From positions 45,286-65,285 of the forward strand of contig JBFLGF010000118.1 in the NCBI GenBank assembly GCA_050230475.1: DNA of 20,000 nucleotides, given 5' to 3'. The stretch is from Ancylonema sp. Lineage: Eukaryota. Shown in pieces: positions 1-9,477 of the stretch (position 1 is the first letter of the stretch; the number at the start of each line of letters is the position of its first letter). The position numbers and the translations under genes were made by a program. The notes below the pieces were generated by a model. That model had not been told where the DNA came from. It made no database searches and saw nothing but the letters and a program-made list of their open reading frames with translations.

Positions 1-865
1 TACTTAGGTTTTTATGAGAAAATAGCATCTTGTGTAAAATAGCATCTTGTCTAAAATTTGATGTATTTTCCTTCCCGTCAATATGAATGAAGAGAAGTCG
101 ACCATATTTTCCTCTGCGGTTCTTTTGGTGGGTGTGCGTTCGTGGTTGACGTTTCTTTTTGTGTACCGTGATGAGGGAGGCAAGTACAACGTACATCCGC
201 GGGGTAGCCCCGGCGGTGTACTATTTGAAGAGGGAAAGACGCTCCTCAAACCAAATTTACAAAAATGATTTCATGTTTTTCACCTGCACCCGTTTCAGCG
301 CTAGCCTCCCCTCTCCATCCTCAGCGATCAACATACTGCAACTGACGCACCGCTTCGAAGATCGGCCCTTGTTGCAGCCAAGACAGTGGAGTAGAGACCC
401 GTTCGAGACGTAGACCGGAGGGTGTTCTATGATCCAGTCCTCTCATCTCCTATCCCCATTCCTGCAGATGTGTCGGAAGAAGACCAAGAGCGTTTGGGAG
501 AGCCACTAGCGTGACAACCACTTCTAGTCCCTGTAGAGCCAGTCCGGATACCAGTGTGAGCACCTCTGAGAGGTCCTGAGCGAGGCCCCGACTACGGTCG
601 GTCAGGTACAACTCTCAAGATGCCTCTAAGCTTTCAAAAGAGGGAGTTTAACGATTTGGAACCAGGTACGACTTTAGAGAACGAACCCTCTGCAGATGTG
701 TTACCAATTGAACCGAGCATGCATGCATTAAGTAGAGTTGCAGGTCGGGCAAAGGCAACAAAAGTAGTAGCAAGTCAAGTCAAGAGATCTGTAAAATCGG
801 TAGGGAAGTGTTAGGCACGTCGAGTGTAGCGAGTCCCCTAGCTGGAGACTCTCAGACACACGAGG

Positions 866-1300
866 TGGCTAACCTTGCCTGTGTCAACACTTAGACATAT
901 TTGGCACGAAGCAGCCATCCATCCTGGGGTCAGGGTTTGGCTCTTCTCCCAAGTATATTATTTGAGGGAAAAGAAGGGACAAAACACAAAACAGGAGAGA
1001 CAACTGCCAGAAGCAGTTTGAGCTCGGGGAGAACAGTAAAGCGGTCCCTCTGGGTCCAAGGCCAATTTCCGTTTTTATCTGAAAAAGGGGCGTGGGCAGT
1101 GTCTAACCAGCCATGCGTCAGGATGACCCAGGACCACTTGGCACAAAGCACTAATCCATCTTGGGACCACGGCTTGGCTCTTCTCCCACGCAAGGTACTT
1201 GAGGGAGAAAAAGGTGAGACAGTTATTCAACTGCAGCACAAACTGAGCTCAAGTAGTACAGGACGGTTGGGACCTTGGGCCTCGGAGCAGCTTGTATATA
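866..1300 (+). repeat. Diverged in-frame tandem duplication (~237 bp / 79 aa period) within the polyprotein
   Basis: LARSSHPSWGQGLALLPSILFEGKEG at 901 versus LAQSTNPSWDHGLALLPRKVLEGEKG at 1138; both copies share TTGGCTCTTCTCCCA. Confidence 0.8.
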
Positions 1301-1437
1301 TGCCAGGCAAGAAAACGACATTAGTAGCACCAAGATTTAGCGGGGATGAAGTAGATGAAGATGCTATGTTTGTATAAGATATTCAGGCTCCTAGACAAGA
1401 GTGGTACCAACAGTTTGTCCAGGCTCCAGGGTCCAAC

Positions 1438-1896
1438 TTGTCATACTTGAGTAGTGCTCTGGCCCATAACTTGTTGCTCGATCCCAGCTTTGCAATTCCA
1501 GGTCCCCCTCCTCTGCGCGACATCGTCATGTGGAAGCACACCACCATTCCCAATTTAGCTGGCGTTTTCACCATCGAAGGCCATGCACCACAAGGGGAGT
1601 GCGTCTTGGAATCAGGTGCGAGCTTCGTCATGATAGGTAAGAGGGTGGCAGATTCATTGGGTCTGCATGCAAAGGATTTGGATGAAGGGATCACTTATAC
1701 GGTTGCCTCGAGTGCTTCTCCTAAGTGTAGGGGGGTGACCAAAAAGAAACTTGCTATCTGCCTACTCCCAGGCACTCCATATCAGGTCACAACACATCTG
1801 CATGTACTGGTAGACAATGCTACCTCGTATGATATATTGGTGGGTGCTCATCTCGTCAATCGTGAAATTGTCCTGATCAACTACCGAGACTCTTAG
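1438..1896 (+). pseudogene. Retropepsin-like (retroviral-type) aspartic protease domain, degenerate
   Basis: CVLESGASFVMI (D-S-G-A motif with D>E at 1609-1611), followed ~70 aa later by the typical YDILVG motif (1828-1845). Confidence 0.75.
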
Positions 1897-2604
1897 TGGA
1901 AGGTAGAACTAAAGTGGGCAACTACGGGAAAACGCAAAGTGCGTTTGACCATTGACCATTGACCATTGACCTTTATGTGACTCCAGCGCAGCTGAGAGAG
2001 AAGAAGAATGCAAGATTGCAAGGCTATGTGGGAGGACCGTCCGACTACTTCCCCAACGCGACCCCAGGGCAAGTGAAAGCGTTGCCGCACCCGGCATACC
2101 AGTGGCACGCACGTGAGGAGGAAGAAGAACGCGCCCGATAAGAGGAGTGGGCTTGCAATGCCCATGATATCCTTACCACCTGGCTGCTTGCATCTCCTGC
2201 TTTGCATCTGCACAATATGCGGTTAGCAGAGTTAAAGGAACATTTCGAGCTCATCAGGATGCATGTGGTCAATTTACGCAACTAGACAATGCAGAATAGT
2301 ATAGGCATCCGAGAGGGCCCAAAGTCTTTCATTTGGACTCACAAATAGCGTGTCTTGCGTACAACCCTTCCTTTTTACGAACAGTTGCAGAGGGACATCG
2401 CCATCAAAGAAGCCGAGGCTGAGGACGAACGCCGGGCTCGTGGCATCATCCTTCCTGCAACACCACCACCAGTGATCCACCTGTCAGAGTTTTAGCAGGA
2501 AATGACACGCCTGGACCAACAATCTGCGATACGTCGCACCTTTCAACGCACTCAGGCCCAGAGGGAGGTGATCGTGAACCTGGACCGCACCCGTCGCAGA
2601 GCCC

Positions 2605-3444
2605 TTGCACAGCCCCTACTGCTCCTCTCCCACCCACATTGGACAAGAGTGTGATCATGTGGAGCCCATCGACACAACTGTCCGTCGCCAGCCAGCTCAC
2701 CAGCAAGGCGTTCACATCTTCGAAGTTTGTGGCGGTGTGGGCTGCCCCAAGTTGATGGAGGCCATGGGAGCAGGTGTTGCGGTCAGACAGTACACCTATG
2801 TGGATATTGGCCGCAACGAGCATGTCGTGGTTCGCGCTTTCCTCGCCAAGGTTCACCTGCAGTATCCTCACCTCTTGCCCCAATCAGCGATTCAAGGGTT
2901 TGACTCTCGCCTTGATCAAAATGTATATCGCATCTCTGCTACTGACATGGTCAACCTCACTGCCCGCCATGGTTTTATTGACATGTTTGGATGTGGCTTT
3001 CCTTGCCAACCATACAACAATGCTGGTAGGGGTAGAGGTAGAAATGACCCGCGACATGGTGTTTTCTTTGAAATGGTCCGTCTGCTCAAGTGAAGTCAAC
3101 AGGAGCAGGATGGTCGTCTAGTTCTGTACCTCTTAGAAAATGTGCATATCCGTCAAGATACGCCAGAGGAGGTTAAGGATGGTGATGAACACGTCATGGC
3201 TTTACTGAGGCAACCTAGCATCCGGCTAGATGCATGTTCGGTAGGGGGTCTCAGTCACCGCTCGCGTAGGTACTGGACTAACATGTTGTCTCCTCGGGAG
3301 CTCAAGCGTTTTGTTCCCCCTAACCACCTCTTGGATCCTCTGTCCTCAGCCCTTGAGCTCCACCATGAACTAGCTCCCTACGAATCGACAGACCAGCCCC
3401 CTCATCGCCGTGTCAACATTCGAGGTCGCCCCCGTCGGGTGCTG
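2605..3444 (+). pseudogene. C5-cytosine DNA methyltransferase domain (DNMT3-like), with one internal stop and truncated before motifs IX-X
   Basis: Motif I-like IFEVCGGVG (~2716-2742), motif II-like YTYVDI, catalytic motif IV GFPCQ (Cys 3004-3006), motif VI LLENV (ENV 3136-3144, same frame after TGA 3091-93) and motif VIII-like LDACSVGGLSHRSRRYWTN (~3226-3282), which resembles DNMT3 DA..VS.AHRARYFWGN. Confidence 0.9.
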
Positions 3445-4215
3445 TGTTAGACTCGTATGGAATGACGAGTCTAGCTTTTATAAGCAATCTCACACCACAA
3501 ATAAATGCATATGGAAATAGGAAGTGCAAGTAAAGATAAGGATAATACATGAATTGATCACGATACTCAATGAGCACTACTTAAGGGTTTAAATACTAGT
3601 CTGAAGCTAGGGTCGGAACCGAACTCGTTGTAAACGAAAATTGAACATACCTCGGTATAAGAACAAGCTGGAAGTTAAGACCTAATAAAGGACTGACTGA
3701 TGATGAAGTGTAATAATCAAAGAAGGGCTTAACAACGTGTAGGAATATTCGGATAGCCATGCCTTATGCTTGCTAGTCCAGTTGTGACCGTTTACTCTAA
3801 CCGGGCGCCATATTCCTAGATGTGCTTGTATGCGGTGCCGGGCACGATTGTGTCCGGTCACCTGATCTGTTGTCACGCTTGATGTCGACAGTTAGAGTCG
3901 TTATTAGCGGTTGGCATGCTTGACGTGTCTTGATTGGTTCGATCTAGTCATGTCAGAGTGTCCGGCATGTGCCGTTGACACATAGATGAGTTGTCACTCA
4001 AGGATAGGCCGACGGTCAATTGTACCGACCGTCGGCAGACAACGATCTGTAAAGCGCATCGGGTATTACCATCCCCGATGCGATCACAATGTAATTAATT
4101 CGTTCCACACACGCAACTCTTGTCTCGTTGATCATCAGTGATAGAGATCCTTTGCGTACGGTTCGTTTTGTCGCCCACCAAAAATCTCCTGCACGTAATC
4201 ACTCAAAAGCTTAGA
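3445..4215 (+). repeat. Putative 5' LTR (~770 bp) of copia element A
   Basis: Begins TGTTAG exactly where the DNMT coding signal stops and base composition changes. Ends immediately before the PBS. No second LTR copy is present in the window to confirm it. Confidence 0.7.
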
Positions 4216-4229
4216 GGTTATGGGCCCAC
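4216..4229 (+). other. Primer-binding site, half-tRNA-iMet type
   Basis: GGTTATGGGCCCAC is complementary to the anticodon-arm region (GTGGGCCCATAACC) of plant initiator tRNA-Met, like the Drosophila copia / Ty5 type of PBS. Confidence 0.85.
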
Positions 4230-4473
4230 GTGCGGTCTAGTTTAGACGCCGTGTTGGTTAAGAACTACAAGCTCCCGCGATTCGCTGCGAAGATCTCTTG
4301 AACGGTAAATTGTGTCTGTAAGGGCAAATTTAGCCGTGGTTGTTAAGTACTGCTAGACGTAATTTCGACATTGCGTTGCACGAAATCGAGTTGAGAGCTG
4401 CATTGCAGGAATTGCACTGAGAGCTAAAGCTGCGTGAGAATTCTCATAAAATCCTACACAATTGTTGCTATAG

Positions 4474-5205
4474 ATGTCGGATAAATCTCAAATTCCGAAG
4501 TTTACTGGAGCATATTGTACAGGATGGGCCTTCAAGGTCAAGTATGGGTTAGCAGACAAAAAGCTGCATCGTGTGGTCATGGATTGGGACAGCCTGCTGC
4601 GGCGGCGTCGTCCATATGTTATTTTGCCATTGACCCCAGACAATGAGCTGCAGTTTACTACTAGGGGGGTCGACGTTGATGTCGAGAGAAGGACCAGGGA
4701 GCAGCGGATTTCCTAGCAGCTGCCACAGCTCGAGAAATGGGACGAGGATAATCTGGCTGCAATGGCGTACATCCAGAAGCATTTGGGTCCCTCGGAGCTG
4801 ACACACGTCACGGACTGCACGACAGTTGCCGGGATGTAGGAGGCACTGAAGACTTTTTATATGGTGCACGGAGCGATCGAGATCGCCAACACCGAGGCGC
4901 TGCTGAGCGCTATTATTCAGGCGGAGGCTGAAGACCTCAACGTCTACGTGAAGCGGCTGCAGCAGATCCATCAGGACCTGAAGAACCCGGGTGCGCCGGT
5001 GACGCCAATGAAGTAGGCTATTAATTTGCTGAACTCCCTCAACACTCACTACAGCCCCATGGTGTCGACTCTCATGCCATGGTCGGAAATCATCACCGCA
5101 TCTTTTCACGATTCCGCACATTGTGAACGCGCTGCTGCGCGACGACGTTCGCAAGGAGCTGAATGAGCGGAAGAGGGGGGCGCTGCCAGGAGGTCACCAC
5201 GCAAC
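4474..5205 (+). pseudogene. Copia-type gag, degenerate
   Basis: Starts MSDKSQIPKFTG..GWAFKVKYGL..KKL. Continues in frame past TAG stops (4714, 4837, 5014) as EKWDEDNLAAMAYIQKHL..ELTHVTDCTTVAGM*EALKTFY..EDLNVYVKRLQQIHQDL..AINLLNSLNTHYSPMVSTL, a UBN2-like gag pattern. Frameshift near 5090-5110. Confidence 0.8.
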
Positions 5206-8200
5206 TATGGTAGAGAAAAGGTCTGATCGTAGTCCTCTCCCTCTACTTGACTGACTCCCTTAGCCACAACTCTTGCTTTGTATTTTTCTACAGAACCATC
5301 TGCATTGACATTGATCCTGAACACCCACTTTGACTTCACAACTTTCTTCCCCTTCGGCCTTGGCACAAGTCGATAGACCTGGTTTTCTTGCTGCAGCCAT
5401 TGCAGCTTTCCACTCAGCTGCTTGCGGGCTGTTAAGAGCTTCCTCAACAATCGTCGGTGTCTTTATCTCACTTTCCAAGTTGGCAACAACAGCAGCAACA
5501 AATGTGTTGGGATGCATTCCTCTGTTCTCCCTTGCAGATCGACGAATAGGCTCAGGATCATCGATAGAAGTTTCTGGAAAGTTGTCGGTCACGCCAAGAA
5601 AAGGAGTAGCATCATCTGGATACCATTCTGGACCATCTTCTAGAATCTTCGTCTTCATCGTCTCCACTAGAATTGCTGACAAGTTCTGGAAGATCTGCAC
5701 TGTGAGGAAGAGGAGATCTCGGAAGCTGTGGCAATGGATTCCGACAGCATCAGGGATCTCTTCATCGACAGAATTTGGATCGCCATAGGCAGGTTGCCCA
5801 CCTCCAGAAATACCCCCTCCGAGACCAACACTACCCCCCCCTCTTGCTCAGCTGCATCCAGATCTGGCCATGACATTCTTGTTTCTGCAACTGGCTCATG
5901 CACTCTTGCCTTCTTGCCAATTTTCTGACCCCTCCACCAGCTTTGCTTGACAGATTCATCGAAGTCTGCATGACTGACCAGTGCCAACGTTGTGTACTTT
6001 GTTCGTTGCAGGATCCCAGACTCGGTAGCAAGGACTGTCGGGTGTCGGGATTCCTAACACACCAAGCCAAGCCAGCGCACTCATTTTTCCAGCCCGATCT
6101 TGTTTCTCCAGTCGCACATAAACTTTGCAGCCGAATGATCGAAGATGATCAACCTTTGGAACTTCTCCTGACCACATCTCCTCTGGAGTTTTTGGAAGTC
6201 CGCTGACTTGACATCGATTTCTGAGGTATGAAGCTAAGGAGATTGCTTCTGCCCACAGACCAAGAGGAAGTTGCATGTGCAAAAACATAGAGCGAGCCCT
6301 GTTTGCAACGGACGATTCATGCGTTCTGTGATTGCATTGCCTTGAGGAGTGTTTGGCGGAGTTGTCTCATGTCTGATGCTTCTGTTTTTTAGCCACTTCT
6401 GCAGACCACCATCGATAAACTCTCCTCCTCGATCTGATCTCAGATTTTTAACAAGTTTCCTAGCTTGTCTTTCCCAGATTGCGATCCATTGCTTCAGACG
6501 AGGAGCTGCATCATCCTTTGCTGCGAAGTATTTCCACCCAGGATTTTCGGCTGTATTCATCGACGAGCACCATGTTGTACACTCCTCCCCCTATTGATGC
6601 TGGATTGAACGGCCCTGCCAAGTCCACCGACACTCTTCCCACGCAGACTTGTTCTCCCTCACCAGCTTCTCGTCGAGGATGAGGTTTGTCGTGTGCCTTC
6701 CCCAGCTTGCACCCTTCACAGTTTTGCAGAACTCCTGAGATGCCTCCTTCCAGTCCTCGTACAAGATGTTGTCGTGCCACATTTTTGAGCACTCTCTCAT
6801 TTGCATGCCCAAGTCTTGTGTGGAGGAGGTTGATTTCGACAGCAGCTACAACAGCTTCCCCTTCAGTAAGTTGCTGATGTCGAACCGGTGTGCAGATTAG
6901 AGTTTTTCGACCTGTCGATGTTTCGTGCAGAGTGCAGACTTGTTGTCCAAATTTGTTGTAAACTATAATGATGCCACCAGCTTTTCCACTGCAAGTGTAA
7001 GACCACCCTGCTTCTCTGGCTTTCTGACCGCTGAACAAATTAATGCGCATCCCAGGAATGTACAAACATTTCTTGAGTGTTACTTCTCCACACTCTCCCT
7101 CGGTATTCAGCTCAATTGTTCCCCACTGCTTCACTCGCACACTTCCGACCAGATGATGCATGATGACCTCGTGTGGAATGTCTTCGAGGATTTTGAAAAG
7201 ATTTCTCTGTCCACAAGAATGGTGACTGGAACCATCGTCGAAAAGGAAATCTTTGTCCGCATCATCATTATCTGCAACATTTCCATCAAAGATTTCAGCG
7301 ATGATAGCTTCTCCATGACCACAGCTGCTTTCCTCCTCATCGATTTCACCAACGTAAGCTGCTTGTCTCCCAGTGCGTACCCCCTTTCTTTGCCTTCGTG
7401 GAGCTTCGTTTTTCTTGTCGAAACACGTGAATTCCACATGACCAATGGCTCCACAATATCTGCATTCGTTCTTGGAGCAGTCTCTGCTGTAGTGACCTGT
7501 CTCTCCACAAGTATAGCAGTGCCCTCCACTTGATCCACTGCCTCCACCTGTGCCTCCACGACCACCTCTGATTCCACGATTATCTGCTGAATACCCCCTG
7601 AATGTACCCCTACCTCCACGATTGATGATACCACCACCTCTGCCTTGGCTTGAAAAAAATTGTTGCGCTGACCACTTAGCATAGTTTGCCTCTACAACTA
7701 GTGCCTCAGCATCTTTGACATCCTTTTCTTTCTTGTCGTCCAGCTCATCCATTCCCATCTGCCTCCAGATCCAGCTGATCCCAGGTGCCTCTTTCTGTCC
7801 ATAATAAAGCTTCTTCAACATGCCGTATTTTGTTCTTGACATGCGAGCAAACAATGCCATCACCTGATCTTCTGCGTTGACTGTAAATTTTTGATGTACA
7901 CACTCTCTGATGATCGACATAAAAGTATTCTTGATATCTCTGACTGGCATCTTTTCATCGATCTTGAAAGATTTCAGCTTTTCTTTTGCAATCTGTCGAA
8001 GTTCTGGAGACACCTTGTCATACTCCTCTGTCAGATAGTCCCACATCGCCGTTGGATCTCGTTCAAATTGTTCAAGTGATGTAGCGATGTCGTCACTGAC
8101 AAATTGCATGAGTAGCATGACTGCCTTCTTTGAACTTTTGCGGAAGCTTCTGACATCAAGTGTATACTGCTCCATTTCTGCTTCATTTGTTGGCCAGTGT

Positions 8201-8382
8201 TGATCATCATATCTGGCTGTAACCTCAGGTGGAATAGTCTCTGTTCCTTTGCAGATCTCAAGACACTCAGCATCATCAAGAGTAGCTGAGGCCTTAGATC
8301 TCCATGTTTGAAAGGTAACTTTATCTCCATCCAGAATGCAGTACTGTGCTCTGATACCACTGTGAGTGCTTTCTTCTGCCAT
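5205..8382 (-). pseudogene. Copia gag-pol polyprotein, frameshifted from integrase onward and truncated early in RT
   Basis: Open ~620 aa from ATG 8382: gag, an RGG-rich tract, two CCHC knuckles (7477-7518, 7423-7464), protease FLFDDGSSHH, HTRLGH...CEGCKLGK, VSVDLAGP and LVDEYSR. Frameshifted pieces follow: LRSDRGGEF, PQGNAITERMNR, LWAEAISLASYLRNR, HLRSFGCKVYV, EEALNSPQAAEWKAAM, and RT KWVFRI...KYKARVVAKGVSQVEGEDYDQTFS. Confidence 0.92.
8348..8359 (-). other. Primer-binding site (tRNA-iMet 3' end)
   Basis: Minus strand TGGTATCAGAGC, 1 nt downstream of an LTR-like ...CTCACA end at 8361. Confidence 0.92.
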
Positions 8383-8802
8383 CGATGCAAGAATAAAGCA
8401 CAATTCTTCTCTCAGACAAATCGACAGATCACGTCATTACAAACGTTGACACAACAAAAGTGCAAGTTTGAAGTAGAAAGTATTGATTCTGATTAAGGAA
8501 TTCAGCATGCAAGCTCAGACCTAGTACAGTCGATTGTTGTCTGGTCAACGAATCTGCCGGTATCGAAACTACATCGTCAATTGCCAATCATATCTAAGCA
8601 TTCTGCCACAACAACAAGTTCTTATCGACACTTGTGCCAGATGGCCAAGTAATCATCAAAACAAGGACGTCGGCCTGCAGCCGGCCTGCAGCCGGCCTGC
8701 CGCCTGCATTTGCTGCTGAATAACGACAAAACTAAAGCTAAATTCCCGGTATTGCTAACGATATAACGAAAAACTAACATTTTCCTTGTTGTGTTCTTCA
8801 CA
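8361..8802 (-). repeat. Putative 5' LTR (~440-460 bp) of copia element B
   Basis: Minus-strand 3' end ...ACTCACA abuts the PBS. A matching TGTGA start lies at 8802 (alternative 8817). Contains a tandem CGGCCTGCAGC repeat at ~8671-8708. Confidence 0.65.
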
Positions 8803-9206
8803 TTATGTCCCATCACATATATTTACACCTGTTGGTGTGCGTCTTTTTCTGTTTTTATTTTTTATGCTGGCTCTGGATTGTTCAGAATCCGGGGAACAGA
8901 TGACTCGACCAAATCGGTCCTGGACCAAACCGAGACCACACAGTCAACCGTGGAAACCCGTGGAAACCTGTGGAAGAAATATTTGTTTTCCCTGCCCACG
9001 TTTTAACCAAAAAACTTTCGGATTACTTTTGTAAAATTGTTGTTGTTTGTTGTAATACTTAGTGTGGCTAACCGAGTCCACATCGGGCCAGATTCGGATG
9101 GGCAGTAGACCAAATAGTCCCGGGTCGGACCCCAAGAATAAAAGGAAGAAAAATAGTTTATTTGATGACAAATTGTTTGACGAGTATATTTTTTTTATTG
9201 TATATA

Positions 9207-9477
9207 CCGTACTGGGCACCGTAGATGATTTCTGTTTTTTCAAAACGAATTAATTTGTCAATGATGTGTGAGAAAGATTCCCGTGATCCGGTAGTTATTA
9301 TTAATGATTTTTGGCAATGATTTCTGGTAACCTACATACAAAATTCAAAACAAATCCAAAAGTGGTATTAATATCAATGATTTTTGGTTAATGATTCCGA
9401 CCTCATAGGTATTAATATAAATGATTGATTTCGGGTTTCAATAATTAATTAAAAATCATTTACGGTGCCCAGTACGG
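9207..9477. mobile_element. MITE, Tc1/mariner(pogo)-like non-autonomous DNA transposon
   Basis: TIR CCGTACTGGGCACCGTAGATGATTT (9207-9231) pairs with 9453-9477 with one mismatch. Flanked by TA (TATA) on both sides; AT-rich interior with repeated AATGATT motifs. Confidence 0.85.

Larger units (their letters stand above)
290..3444 (+). mobile_element. Decayed retroelement polyprotein region (probably Ty3/gypsy-type) encoding a retropepsin protease and a C5-DNA methyltransferase; 3' part lost at an LTR insertion
   Basis: ORF pieces 620-814, 901-1377, 1438-1896, 1959-2141, 2605-3093 and 3142-3444 are all on +. They join across single in-frame stops (e.g. 1375-77, 1894-96, 3091-93) or small frameshifts. 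Protease and DNMT motifs are recognisable. No RT or integrase remains, so the superfamily is inferred, and the left boundary is approximate. Confidence 0.7.
3445..5205 (+). mobile_element. Truncated Ty1/copia LTR retrotransposon A (LTR, PBS, gag)
   Basis: Putative LTR, half-tRNA PBS and a decayed copia-type gag in the expected order; pol is absent. Confidence 0.8.
5205..8802 (-). mobile_element. Truncated Ty1/copia LTR retrotransposon B (5' LTR, PBS, gag-PR-INT, start of RT)
   Basis: Copia domain order gag, protease, integrase, RT on the minus strand, plus a canonical tRNA-iMet PBS. Most of RT, RNase H and the 3' LTR are missing. Confidence 0.93.

Noticed and set aside
1..286. AT-rich segment with a small GC hairpin (~197-217) that may be the end of a DNA transposon interrupting the DNMT element
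   Set aside because: Any partner terminus would lie outside the window, so it cannot be supported here.
2605..3444. Bacterial restriction-modification methyltransferase or contamination
   Set aside because: Context is eukaryotic (spliced genes, LTR elements), no endonuclease partner is present, motif VIII looks DNMT3-like, and the domain follows a retroviral-type protease.
4549..7682. Long ORFs antisense or off-frame to the copia genes (4549-5154, 5330-5788, 6925-7533, 7131-7682)
   Set aside because: Shadow frames of gag/pol with no independent motifs.
4216..8359. tRNA-Met-like sequences as tRNA genes
   Set aside because: Only 12-14 nt complements located at LTR ends; these are primer-binding sites with no cloverleaf.
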